26,851 nt of DNA from a virus. Taxonomy: Duplodnaviria > Caudoviricetes. Below, one piece after another: positions 7,842 through 17,336 of the stretch. Every line of letters starts with the position of its first letter. Position 1 is the stretch's first letter. The notes under the pieces are model-generated. The model saw only the letters and a list, made by a program, of their open reading frames with translations, was not told the origin of the DNA and did no database searches. Location: positions 1-26,851 of the IMG/VR virus record IMGVR_UViG_3300048858_000106; one strand, 5' to 3'. The position numbers were made by a program, and so were the translations under genes.

Positions 7842-8024
7842 TGATAAGCAGGCGAAATCCTACCTTGGAAGCTCCTAAACACCTCGTTCAGCATATTAAA
7901 ACTGGACACGTAGGGGAGCCAAGCAATAGCCTGTGCGGAATTGTCGCACGGGAAGCTTTGTCTTGTTGCGGGAGACTAGGTGGGCAGTGGACAAAGAATC
8001 AACTTTGCCGGGCAGCGAAGCCCT

Positions 8025-9089
8025 ATGAGTGACCTTTTGGTCGATCTCACTGGAAAGACACAGCGAGAAGTCGGCGGCCAGATCGCCGCATCCCGCTTCG
8101 ACTACCAAAAGGACTGGGCCTTTTGTCGGATGGTCCGGAAACATATCGAAGGCGAGAGTTACCTTGTTGCCTTCGAGTTCCACGATGACGTCTTGTTCAT
8201 GCAGCCGTCGCTGGATCCGACTGCCGCTGAATTTTGCCAAGTCAAGACTTCGGCGTCACAGAAGCCGCGGACTCTCGCATCACTTACGAGCCGTCCAAAA
8301 GGGACCTCTTCCGTACTGGGGAAGATGCTCAGCAATCTGGACGGCCTCTGTTCTCGTCATGATGTCACGATTAGTCTCGTCTCGAACAATGCCTTCGAGT
8401 TCTCGGATCGAGACACCAAGGCGTCGCGAATAGATGAGAAGTACCAAGACAGAATCATCTGTAAGCTTCAAGAGGAAATTGGCAAGTTCGAGGAAGGCAC
8501 TCTCGATAAAATCAGCTTCATGGTTTCCGGTGTTTCGCTGGCGTCAATCCAAAGCTTCTTGGAAGGGGAGGTGCTTGATCTCTTCTGCCACAGGTACGGA
8601 GAGGATCACGGGCTCAACACCCGAACTTGGGTCAGACTGATTAAAAGCGAGATTGCCCGTAGGAATAATTATCCTTCGAACGAAGTGACATCCATTGAGG
8701 AGTTGCTCGACAAAAAGTGTATCGATGATCAGTTCGTTGACCGGTCGCTTGATCTAGTGCGTGCCCGCACCCGGCCGTCCTTCGATGTTGACCTGGCTTG
8801 CGCATCCCTCCTGCGAGATGGCTGGAAGCTAGCAGACATCCACAAGCTCAAGCAGCGCATTCCGGAATGTTTACGTGATTACTACGACCCGAACAACGAT
8901 GATGTACAGCACATCGTATCCGTCATGAGATCATTGTGTTATGATCAACACGGAAACATCGTAGACCTCGCTCAGTTTCTCGGTGTCGTTCGTTTGATAC
9001 AGCCTGCAAATGATGTTGGAATAGATCTTTACAACGCCTTGGACTATTTAGATGCGTTGGGTATGGTGGTGTACCATGATGCAATCTAA
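8025..9089 (+). CDS. lmuA: Lamassu effector LmuA-like, DUF4297/Cap4-type dsDNA endonuclease
   Basis: GGQIAASRFDYQKDWA, EFHDDV and FCQVKT are PD-(D/E)xK-type motifs; the gene sits directly upstream of an SMC-like ATPase. Alternative GTG start at 7980. Confidence 0.85.
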   Translation: MSDLLVDLTGKTQREVGGQIAASRFDYQKDWAFCRMVRKHIEGESYLVAFEFHDDVLFMQPSLDPTAAEFCQVKTSASQKPRTLASLTSRPKGTSSVLGKMLSNLDGLCSRHDVTISLVSNNAFEFSDRDTKASRIDEKYQDRIICKLQEEIGKFEEGTLDKISFMVSGVSLASIQSFLEGEVLDLFCHRYGEDHGLNTRTWVRLIKSEIARRNNYPSNEVTSIEELLDKKCIDDQFVDRSLDLVRARTRPSFDVDLACASLLRDGWKLADIHKLKQRIPECLRDYYDPNNDDVQHIVSVMRSLCYDQHGNIVDLAQFLGVVRLIQPANDVGIDLYNALDYLDALGMVVYHDAI

Positions 9090-9130
9090 CTATAAGAAGC
9101 TGATCAGGAACTTAAGAAAAGGCCGGTATC

Positions 9131-10855
9131 GTGACATCCTTAAGGTTCAAGGAGCTGTGGATTCTCTCGAAAGTGGAGAAAGCAGCGACACGTCTGTCAC
9201 TAGCGCCCGGCCTGAACATTTTAGTCGGGGAGAATGATGTTGGAAAGTCGACCCTCGTAAAGTCGCTTTACCATTGCCTCGGAGCCGATACCCCTCAACT
9301 CAGCAATACGCACTGGAAGAAAGCGCGCCCGATCTATTGCGTCTTGATCGAGATCGGATCTGAGCAGTTCTATGTAGTTCGGGACGAGCGTTATTTTGGC
9401 GTCTTTGATATCAATCGGCAACTCATATCGCGGCACACTGGCGCCGTAGGTCCATCAGGAATCGCGACCTTCATCAACGCGAAGCTCGGCTTCGATATCG
9501 AACTGGAGCGTCATGCGGATGCGACGCTTGGGCCTGCGGGGCCAGCCTTCTACTTCCTTCCTTTTTATATCGACCAAGATGAAGGTTGGCTCAATAGCTG
9601 GTCGTCTTTCAATGGCTTGCGGCAATTCTCAAACTATCGAAAGTTGATGATCGAGTACCATCTCGCGGTAAGGTCTCAAGACTACTACGACGCTAAGAAG
9701 CTCGACATGGAGCTTAGGAGGCGTCTCGCGGAACTCGAGAAAGATCGCACCGCTCTTCAATCGGCACGTGCTTCCGTCGAAAAGCGGAAACAGAAAGTTC
9801 AGGTTGACCTTGATCCTGCAGCCTTCCGAAATGAATTAGAGGCTCTCGTAGATCAGTACAATGATGTTCACCAAAATCAGCAGGCAACACTTGCCAAGCT
9901 AAAAGATGTTCGTGGACAACGCAATCTCGTAGATGGCGAGTTGGGCATCCTACGCAACGCTATTGTCGAACTAGAGGCAGACTATAGCTACACCGAATCT
10001 TCTGCTACTCCCGAGGTCGTGGGATGTCCAACCTGTGGTACCGAGTTTGCTAACTCATTTGTCGAACGCTTCGGAATCTTGGATGATATAGACCGTTGCG
10101 CTTCTCTCGTTGATCAGTGGCTTAAGCGCCGTTCTTCACTGTCTGTGGACCTGCAAGCTGTTGAGCGCGAATATCGCTTGGGCTCCCAAGGCCTCAGCGA
10201 CCTGGAAATCACGCTACGAAAAACGAAAGAGAACATCACGCTTTCGGAGCTAATTGCTTCTGAAGGAATGAAAGAGATGATCTCCTCTCTGAATGAAGAC
10301 ATCAGGTCGTTCCTGGCCAGAGAGTCCGATCTCAATAGTGATCTCAGGATCGTGGCGGAACGGATGAAGCTTGATCCGACTTGGAAGAGGAAGATTGTCG
10401 ATTGGTATAAGACACGCATGACCGAGTATCTTGATGCACTGAATGTCCAGGTCCTAACCGAAAATGATTATAGTTCTCTCGAAAAGCAAATCAAAAATAA
10501 TGCGCTAGGCAGTGATCTGCCGCGCGCGCTGTTAGCACAATGCTTCGCCTTTCTGTCGGCCATGAGCAATTTCTCTGACTTCGTAGTATGTCCTATGATT
10601 ATAGACTCTCCATTCCAACAAGAGCAGGACTTGGAGAACAGGCTAGCAATCATGGAGTTCATATCCACGCGAGGGCTGCGCAATCAGCAGATGGTGCTCG
10701 CTACCATCTCGGTAGCTGAGTTCGTCGAGACCGAGGCCGTGCAATCGGCGAACGTGAAGCGCTTTGACCATAAGCTAGGGCTGCTTGATCGGGACCTGTA
10801 CAGTGATGTTTTGGCCCATGTCGGCCCAATGCATCGACAAGTTCTAGCAGCCTGA
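9131..10855 (+). CDS. lmuB: Lamassu LmuB-like Rad50/SbcC-type SMC ATPase
   Basis: Walker A GENDVGKS, YIDQD Q-loop region, coiled coils around a CPTC zinc hook, signature variant LGSD, and Walker B/D-loop PMIIDSPFQQEQD. Confidence 0.87.
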   Translation: MTSLRFKELWILSKVEKAATRLSLAPGLNILVGENDVGKSTLVKSLYHCLGADTPQLSNTHWKKARPIYCVLIEIGSEQFYVVRDERYFGVFDINRQLISRHTGAVGPSGIATFINAKLGFDIELERHADATLGPAGPAFYFLPFYIDQDEGWLNSWSSFNGLRQFSNYRKLMIEYHLAVRSQDYYDAKKLDMELRRRLAELEKDRTALQSARASVEKRKQKVQVDLDPAAFRNELEALVDQYNDVHQNQQATLAKLKDVRGQRNLVDGELGILRNAIVELEADYSYTESSATPEVVGCPTCGTEFANSFVERFGILDDIDRCASLVDQWLKRRSSLSVDLQAVEREYRLGSQGLSDLEITLRKTKENITLSELIASEGMKEMISSLNEDIRSFLARESDLNSDLRIVAERMKLDPTWKRKIVDWYKTRMTEYLDALNVQVLTENDYSSLEKQIKNNALGSDLPRALLAQCFAFLSAMSNFSDFVVCPMIIDSPFQQEQDLENRLAIMEFISTRGLRNQQMVLATISVAEFVETEAVQSANVKRFDHKLGLLDRDLYSDVLAHVGPMHRQVLAA

Positions 10856-10862
10856 CTAGGAT

Positions 10863-11879
10863 CTAGGATTCAGGAGCTAGTTCCATTCTCAGGTCTGTGG
10901 TGAAGCCTCCAGCCTTGTCGAGCCGGTGCGTGACCTCCGACACAAGCCACGTTGTCCCATCGATCCCAGCCTTGAAGCCGCTGACCTTGGCGCGCGCTTC
11001 GGGGATGAGTTCGGCGCGGCCGAGCGCCAGCTTGATGTCGAAGGTTTCGGGCGCACGCTTGAGGCGGTCGCGCTCGGCCGCGGCGGCGCGCTTGGCGCTG
11101 GCCTCGTCGGGATGGACCTTCCGCAACTTCTTGGCGCCGTCTTCCTTGCCCACGGTCACCGTCTGCTTCTTCGCCGCCTTCTTGTCGTGCCAAGTGGCGG
11201 TGACGCCTTCCTGACCGTCGCGCTTCTGGCGTGACCAGGCGTGCCGATCGCCGCTGCTGCGGGTGATCGCAAGGGCAGGCATCGTCTGCCCGGTGCTGGT
11301 CTGCCCAGCGCCCTTGGGTGCGAACACCAGGTGCTTGTCCTTGATGGTGGCGACGGCATCGTGCTCGCGGCCCAGGCGGCGCAGGAAGGCGATGTCGCTC
11401 TCGCGGCTCTGGCTGATCGTGGGCAGCGCGATCGAGGCGAGAGCGGGCGCGATCCGGGCGGTGAGCCCGTTGCGGCCCGCCAGATCCTGCAGCACTTTGC
11501 CCAGCGTGGTGTTCTTCCAGCCGCGCGAGTTGCGGTTGCGGATCTCGCTAGTGAAGTCGGCGGCGCGCGCGCGAATGGTGATCTCGTCCGGCGGGCCGCT
11601 GTGGGAGACATCGTCCACCTTGAAGCTGCCCTTGTCGATCAGGCCGACGCGCACGTCATCGCCCTGAAGCCAACCCATCTGCAGCTTGAGCACGGCGCCT
11701 TCCTTTGGGATGGCCAGGCGGCCGTCCGCATCGGACAGGACGATGTCCAGCTGGTCGGCTTCGTCACCACGCTTCTCGGAGAGGCTGAGCGACACGAGGC
11801 GGGGGCGCATTCGGTCGGTCAGGTCGGTGCCGTCCAGTGTCACTTGCCAGTTGGGGATGTTGTTGCGGGCCTGGGTCAC
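10863..11879 (-). CDS. D: P2 gpD-like late control/baseplate hub protein
   Basis: RLVSLSLSEKRGDEADQLDIVLSD, GSFKVDDVSHSGPPD, QSRESDIAFLRRLG. Confidence 0.92.
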   Translation of the reverse strand: MTQARNNIPNWQVTLDGTDLTDRMRPRLVSLSLSEKRGDEADQLDIVLSDADGRLAIPKEGAVLKLQMGWLQGDDVRVGLIDKGSFKVDDVSHSGPPDEITIRARAADFTSEIRNRNSRGWKNTTLGKVLQDLAGRNGLTARIAPALASIALPTISQSRESDIAFLRRLGREHDAVATIKDKHLVFAPKGAGQTSTGQTMPALAITRSSGDRHAWSRQKRDGQEGVTATWHDKKAAKKQTVTVGKEDGAKKLRKVHPDEASAKRAAAAERDRLKRAPETFDIKLALGRAELIPEARAKVSGFKAGIDGTTWLVSEVTHRLDKAGGFTTDLRMELAPES

Positions 11880-12289
11880 AGGATCGCCTCGGGGGCGCCG
11901 CCCTGGCGGGTATCGTCGACGCGCAGGAGGTCGATGCCAAAGTCGATGCGGCGCGGCGTGCCATCCGCCATGAGGTAGGCGTGCCGTTCGTCTAGGGCAG
12001 TGATGACGTAGTTGCCGTAGATCGTGCCGGTGCCGTCGAGCAGGGGATTGGCCTCGCCGGTGTCGCCGATGCGGCGCAGCTCATCGAGCGAGACGCGCCC
12101 GTGCGACAGTTCGGTGTAGACCGCGCCCGAGAGGCTGATCGTCTCGTCGCCTGGCCCGACAAACTGGGTCGCATCGCGCGCGCCGACACGGGCCGAGCGG
12201 GCGTGGCGCCAGTCGGTCTTACGCTGCAGCTCCTCGAAAGGAAGCGTGCCGATCTCGAAGAGGAACATGCCGAGGGCCATCAGGTGCAT
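11876..12289 (-). CDS. U: P2 gpU-like tail protein
   Basis: LMALGMFLF...QFVGPGDETISLSG...GTIYGNYVI...PRRIDF. Confidence 0.92.
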   Translation of the reverse strand: MHLMALGMFLFEIGTLPFEELQRKTDWRHARSARVGARDATQFVGPGDETISLSGAVYTELSHGRVSLDELRRIGDTGEANPLLDGTGTIYGNYVITALDERHAYLMADGTPRRIDFGIDLLRVDDTRQGGAPEAIL

Positions 12290-12291
12290 GG

Positions 12292-14733
12292 TCAGTAATC
12301 CCCGTCGCGAAACTCGCGTGCCTGCTTCTCACGTTCGATCTGCTCCATGGCACGACGGATGGCGTCCTCGATCTCGCGCGGATCGGCGCCCATGCCGTGG
12401 AAGTGCAGATTGTACGTGTCGCCGGCTCGGGGGCCGGCGCCTTGTGCTGCCGCTGGAGCGCGCGCGCCGGCAGCTGCTGGGGCCGAAACAGCCGATGCCA
12501 TGACCGCACCGCCGGCGCCGACCGCGAGCGCTCGCGTCATCTGACCAGCGAGGTCGGTGATACGCGCCAGCGGGCCGGCCGTGTTAGCGGCGAGACCCTG
12601 GTCTAGGCCGGCCATGACGAAGCCGCCCAGCCCGGCGAATACGCGCGACGGCGAGTGGATGCCGAGCTTTTGCTTGAACCAACTCGACACGGACGAGGCA
12701 ACGCCCACGACCGTCGACTTTAGCGCCGCCAGCTTGCTGGTTATGCCGCCGATCAGGCCCTGGATTAGGTTGCGGCCGATCTCGGCGAAGTTGAGCGAGC
12801 GCAAATAATTCAGCGCCGGCGTGAAGGTCCGGATCAGCATGCCGAGCGGGTTGAAGGCCATGAACGTGAACTTCATGGCCGCGAAGATGCCCTGCAGGAT
12901 CTTGGGCCAGTTGCCCCAGTTCTCATAGAGCCAGTAGCCGGCGGCCACGAGCGCGCCGATGCCGACGATCACGGCAGCAGCGATACCGATGAGGGGCAGG
13001 AGGCCGATTCCGAGTGCGGTTGCGGCAGCGCCCAGCACGGCGATCGGCGCGACCAGCCCGGCAAGCAGAATGCTTCCCGCGCCAAGCACAAGGAAGAGCG
13101 CCGCCAGAACGCCCGTGGCGACCGCGATGGCCTTGATGAGCGTTGGGTGGCGTTCTGCGAAGGCGGAAAGCTTCTCACCCCACTTAGCGAAGCGATCGGC
13201 AGCGGACGCCACCATGGGCAAGAGCGACGTGCCTACTGTCAGCGCCAGTTCCTTGGCCCGGATCTTCAGGCGCTGCACCTTCTGCGCGCTGTCGTTCATG
13301 CGCTCAGCGAAGTCGGCGTTCACCGTCCCGTTGGCGGCAAGCGCTTCCTGCCGGATCGACTGATATTCGGCGAATGCGGACATGAGCGGGCGCAGCGCCT
13401 GCTGCACCTGCATGTCTCCGAATAGCGCGGAGAGCTTCGCCTGGTCGCCGCCGGTCGCCTTCTGCGTCAGGCGGACAATCTCCTCGATCGGGCTGCGGCC
13501 GTCCTTTGCCGCCTTCTTCATCGCGGCGGGCACATCGATGCCGAACTTCTTGAAATTCTTTATCGTGTCACCCGCGTTGATCTTCGAAAGCAGGTTCTGC
13601 AGGTTGGTCGCGGCGCTGGCGGAATCACCCGCACCCTTGCGCGTGATCTGTAGGGCGGCGGCGAGATCCGCCACTGCGGGCACGCCCTTGCCGCCGAGGC
13701 TTTGCAAGCTGGCGCTCAGCTCGGGGAAGTGCTGCGCCATGTCCTTCACTTCGAAGGCGCCGCGCTTGCCGGCCGCTGCCATGACATCGAGCGCCTTGCC
13801 CGTCTGCTCGATCGGCACCTTGAGGTTGTCATGGGCGGAGAACGTCGCCTTGCCCAGATCGTCGATCTCGGCCTTGTAGGCGGTTGCAGCACGCCCGATC
13901 GGCGCCATCATGTCGACCGCCTGGCGGGCGCCCAGGCCGAAGCCGGTCAGGGTATCGACGCCCTTTTGCAGATCCGCGGGCATCTGGTTGGCGGCCAGGG
14001 CGGCCTTGCGCAGATCCAGCCCCATCAGGCGACCGGCCTCGCGAGACTGGTTCACCTTCTGGTTGATGTCGGTCATCACCGACTCGAACTGCATTGCCTC
14101 TTCGGCCGCGCCGGCCAGAGGACTCGCCACAGCCATGCCGGTGCCGATTGCCGCGGCGCCGCCTGCGGCGAGGCCAGTAGCGGTGCCCTGCACGCGCGAG
14201 AAGCGATCACGGGCGTCGGCGAAGCGCCTGGTGCGATCACTGACACGCTGCAGGTCTCGCTGCTGCTCGCGCAAGCTGCCGTTGGTCCGCTCGATGTCAC
14301 TGCGGAGGCGCCGCTCCTCGCCCGCGAGATCACGCGTCGAGACGCCTGCCGCGGTCAGGCGGCCGCGCAGCTCTTGCAGCCGCGAGAGATGCTTCTGGTG
14401 TTCTGCCGTCAGCCGTTCGCAGTCGCGGCGTGCGCGCTCGAACTCGGCGCGCATCTTCTTCGTCGGGTTTTCGACCTGGGCGAGCTGGCGGCCAAGCTAG
14501 GTGGCGCGCTCTTTCGCCTTCTCCATATCGCGCTGGGTATCGCGAAGGCCGCCCTTCAGCTCGCGAAATGCGCCAAGTGATTCCTGCGCCTTTTCGAGAT
14601 CCTTGAGCCGGTCGCGCGTCGCCTTCAGCGTCTGCGCAAGGCGGGTGGAACCGGCCGCTGCATCGCGCATTGGGCGCGTGAGGCGGTCGGCGCCTTCCAT
14701 GAGCACGCGGATGCGAAGGTTCCGGTCGGACAT
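12292..14733 (-). pseudogene. T: Tail tape-measure protein gene interrupted by one in-frame TAG
   Basis: The 78-aa and 720-aa ORFs share one frame, joined as ...KAKERAT*LGRQLAQVENPTKKMRAEFE.... TAG at 14497-14499; 813 aa if read through. Confidence 0.85.
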
Positions 14734-14873
14734 CAGTGTTTCCCGCGCTTGCCGGTAGCCTCAGCCGGTTGTGAGCGCTTGGCGGCGCGCTCGCGCCAGC
14801 CCATCAGTTCAGTGACGGACATCTCGTCCATGGCAGCGGGCGGCCAATGGAAGATGACCGCCACGTCTGCCAT
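14733..14873 (-). CDS. E': GpE' extension of the tail assembly chaperone, reached by -1 frameshift
   Basis: MADVAVIFHWPPAAMDEMSVTELMGWRERAAKR is a P2 GpE-family sequence. Its TGA overlaps the T start codon. Confidence 0.85.
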   Translation of the reverse strand: MADVAVIFHWPPAAMDEMSVTELMGWRERAAKRSQPAEATGKRGKH

Positions 14874-14881
14874 GGCATCGT

Positions 14882-15199
14882 CTACTCGCTCGGGGAGAGC
14901 CCCGCCTTCGCGTCCTTCGGCAGCAAAAAATCCATGACTTCGCTGCCGAGCTGAGTGAGGTCCGAAGGGGCAAGCGCGGCCACGTCCTGCTTCGACAGGA
15001 TCGGCATGGTGATCCGCGGCAGCAGGGTTTCGAGCGACCCATAGTCGAGGTTGAGGAGCGAGGTGAGAGACAGGCCGCGCAGCTCGCCCGACTTGGGCGT
15101 GCGGACCTGCACTTCTGTGATCGTGATGTCCCCACTGACGAGCGGCACATCGAGGGCGACGGTAGCGAGAGCGACGGCGCTCGCGGCGACTTGGGTCAT
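14882..15199 (-). CDS. E: Tail assembly chaperone gpE
   Basis: VRTPKSGELRGLSL...LLPRITMP...DLTQLGSEVMDFLLPK. Confidence 0.9.
   Translation of the reverse strand: MTQVAASAVALATVALDVPLVSGDITITEVQVRTPKSGELRGLSLTSLLNLDYGSLETLLPRITMPILSKQDVAALAPSDLTQLGSEVMDFLLPKDAKAGLSPSE
14924..14930 (-). other. Programmed -1 frameshift site TTTTTTG (E/E')
   Basis: ATG GAT TTT TTG contains the same T6G sequence used by P2. The -1 frame is open through E'. Confidence 0.85.
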
Positions 15200-15243
15200 G
15201 GTAGGGCTCCGGTTGTCAGAAGTGATCGCGGCGGGAAAAGCGA

Positions 15244-15756
15244 TCAGAAGAGGCCGATGCCGGCACGGCGCTCGGCGAGGCGATCGACACCATCGACGAT
15301 CTCAATCATGTTGAGCGGGTCGACCTCGATCTCGGTGCGGCCGTTCCAAACGACCTTGAGGTAGGCCAACGCCATGGTGACGCTGAACTCGCTCGGCTCG
15401 CCCGCTTCCTGGTCGCCCATCTCGATCTCGGAATGGCGACCGCGCACGATCACCTCGACCCGATCCAGGGCGGCGGTCTCATCGTTCTGGTAGTTGCCGG
15501 CAAAGCGCACGTAGACGCCGTCGACGGTGGGCGTGCCCCACTGGCGCAGCACGTCGCGCATCGGCCCGCCGCAGGTGAAGGACATCTCCATGGCTTCCAT
15601 GCCCATGTCCATGCTGACGGCACCGCTCATCCCGGCGCCGCGGTACTCCTCCATCTTGCGGGTGAGGGTGGGCAGGGTGACCGACTTAGCATCGCCCAGG
15701 TAGGCGAGGCCTTCGTTGAACAGCATCATGTCCTTGAGGGTGCGAGGCATTCCCAT
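15244..15756 (-). CDS. FII: Major tail tube protein
   Basis: MGMPRTLKDMMLFNEG...TLPTLTRKMEEYRGAGM...GVDRLAERR. Confidence 0.95.
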   Translation of the reverse strand: MGMPRTLKDMMLFNEGLAYLGDAKSVTLPTLTRKMEEYRGAGMSGAVSMDMGMEAMEMSFTCGGPMRDVLRQWGTPTVDGVYVRFAGNYQNDETAALDRVEVIVRGRHSEIEMGDQEAGEPSEFSVTMALAYLKVVWNGRTEIEVDPLNMIEIVDGVDRLAERRAGIGLF

Positions 15757-15797
15757 GGCGGGCTCCTAAGATCGGATTTGGGTAAGGGCGGGTGCGA

Positions 15798-16970
15798 TCA
15801 GGCCGAGGCCAGCTGGCTCGCGAAGTCGGCGAGGTAGCTGTCGGTGATGATCTGGTTGAAGCCGAGGTCTTCGAGCGGCGGCGGCACGGTGTAGTCGTAG
15901 TCGATCCGCAGCTTGCCGGCCTTGAGGCTCGCGGTGCTGTTGTTCGCCTCGCTGAAGAAGGCGTTCGCACCCAGGACCACGCCGCTGGCCTTGAGCTGGC
16001 GAAACAGGCCGTTGATGGTCTCGATGATGTCCTTGGCGAGCGCGGGGGTCAGCGGCTTGTCGATCGCCCAGAGCATGCCCTGCGCAACGGTGTCGGAGAT
16101 CAGGTGCGCCACGCGGACGGTGCTCTCGAAGGCGAACTGGCTCTCGGCCTCGGCAGTGGTGCGGTTGCCCCAGAAGCGGTAGCCGTTGCCGGTGCGGACG
16201 AGCGCCGTGATCTCCTTGGAGTTCAGGACGGCGGCTTCGCTCGCCTGATCTTCCAAGTCCCAGTAGATGTCCTTGGTCAGACCCACGACGCCGGCGACCG
16301 GCATGTTGGAGAGCGTCTTGTGCGGGCCGATCTGTTCGTCGATTGCGGCGCGCAGGCCCATGGCGCGGGCAGCGGCGTAGCTGGTGACGTTGGCCTTGGC
16401 GACGGCGTCGAAGGCGACGAAGTCGGGCATGAGCAGCATCAGCTCGCGCGCGCTGAAATTGGCGCGGTATGTTTGAGCCTGGGCGATGGTGTTGCCGATG
16501 GCGCGGGCATACGCGAAGCCCCGCAGCTGCTTGGCAACCAGGGTGAGCGCGGTGGTGACTGCCTGCGTTTCAAGGCCGGGCGTACCCAGGATCTTTGGCT
16601 TCACGCCGAGCTGCGCCTGAGCGGCAAGAAGGGCCTGCATGCCCGTCTTCATCCCGTCTGCGCCGGTGGTGCCGATCACGTTGGAGGCGAGCGTGGCCGG
16701 AGCGGCGTCGTCCTTCGCGCGCACCACGACCACCAGCGGGCGGGCCTGATCGGCAATCGCGCGCAGGGAGGCGGCAAGGGTGCCCTGGGTACCGGCCTTG
16801 CCGATCGCGCTCTCGATGTCGGTGATGAGCACCGGACGATCGAGCGGGAAGGTGGCCGCATCCGCATCGGCGGCGATGGCGACCAGGCCGATGATGGCCG
16901 TCGAGACTGCAGTCAGCGTGCGGGCGCCGGTGGCGACCTCGATGACGGTGATACCATGCTTGAAGGCCAT
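15798..16970 (-). CDS. FI: Tail sheath protein
   Basis: HGITVIEV, FPLDRPVL, GVKPKILGTPG, GYRFWGNRT, DYDYTVPPPLEDL. Confidence 0.95.
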   Translation of the reverse strand: MAFKHGITVIEVATGARTLTAVSTAIIGLVAIAADADAATFPLDRPVLITDIESAIGKAGTQGTLAASLRAIADQARPLVVVVRAKDDAAPATLASNVIGTTGADGMKTGMQALLAAQAQLGVKPKILGTPGLETQAVTTALTLVAKQLRGFAYARAIGNTIAQAQTYRANFSARELMLLMPDFVAFDAVAKANVTSYAAARAMGLRAAIDEQIGPHKTLSNMPVAGVVGLTKDIYWDLEDQASEAAVLNSKEITALVRTGNGYRFWGNRTTAEAESQFAFESTVRVAHLISDTVAQGMLWAIDKPLTPALAKDIIETINGLFRQLKASGVVLGANAFFSEANNSTASLKAGKLRIDYDYTVPPPLEDLGFNQIITDSYLADFASQLASA

Positions 16971-16985
16971 GGGCGGTTCCTGATC

Positions 16986-17336
16986 TTAGAGGGGCAGGGG
17001 AAAGGCAAGACGAGTGCGGGCGGCGGCTGCGGGCGCGTCGGTGCGATCGGCGTCCAGGACGAGCGTGGCGGCGCCAGGACGATCGCCCAGGGCCAGGCTG
17101 ACGCGGCGCAGGCGCAGGCGGTCTTCCCAGCGGGCGAGTGCAACAGCGGTGGCGGCGTAGAGCCGCAGGATGTTGGCGCCGATCAACGGGTGGTCGATCA
17201 GCTCGGGGACTTCGGAGCCATAGTCGCGCCGGCCGACGCGCGTGCCGATCATGGTGCCGAGGATGTCGCCCACCGATTGCCGGATGTGCTCGATACCGTC
17301 GATGGCGGTGCCAGTGGTGCGGGACATGCCGGGCAT
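16986..17336 (-). CDS. W: Baseplate wedge gpW/gp25
   Basis: EHIRQSVGDILGTMIGTRVGRRDYGS...ALARWEDRL. Confidence 0.93.
   Translation of the reverse strand: MPGMSRTTGTAIDGIEHIRQSVGDILGTMIGTRVGRRDYGSEVPELIDHPLIGANILRLYAATAVALARWEDRLRLRRVSLALGDRPGAATLVLDADRTDAPAAAARTRLAFPLPL

Noticed and set aside
9052-9237. 61-aa ORF between lmuA and lmuB as a possible lmuC
   Set aside because: It overlaps both genes extensively, is too short, and has no recognisable features.
10863-15199. TAG recoding (alternative genetic code) as the explanation for the amber in T
   Set aside because: TAG is the normal stop of D, E and the 4823 ORF at expected lengths, and only one internal TAG was seen in the intact phage genes.
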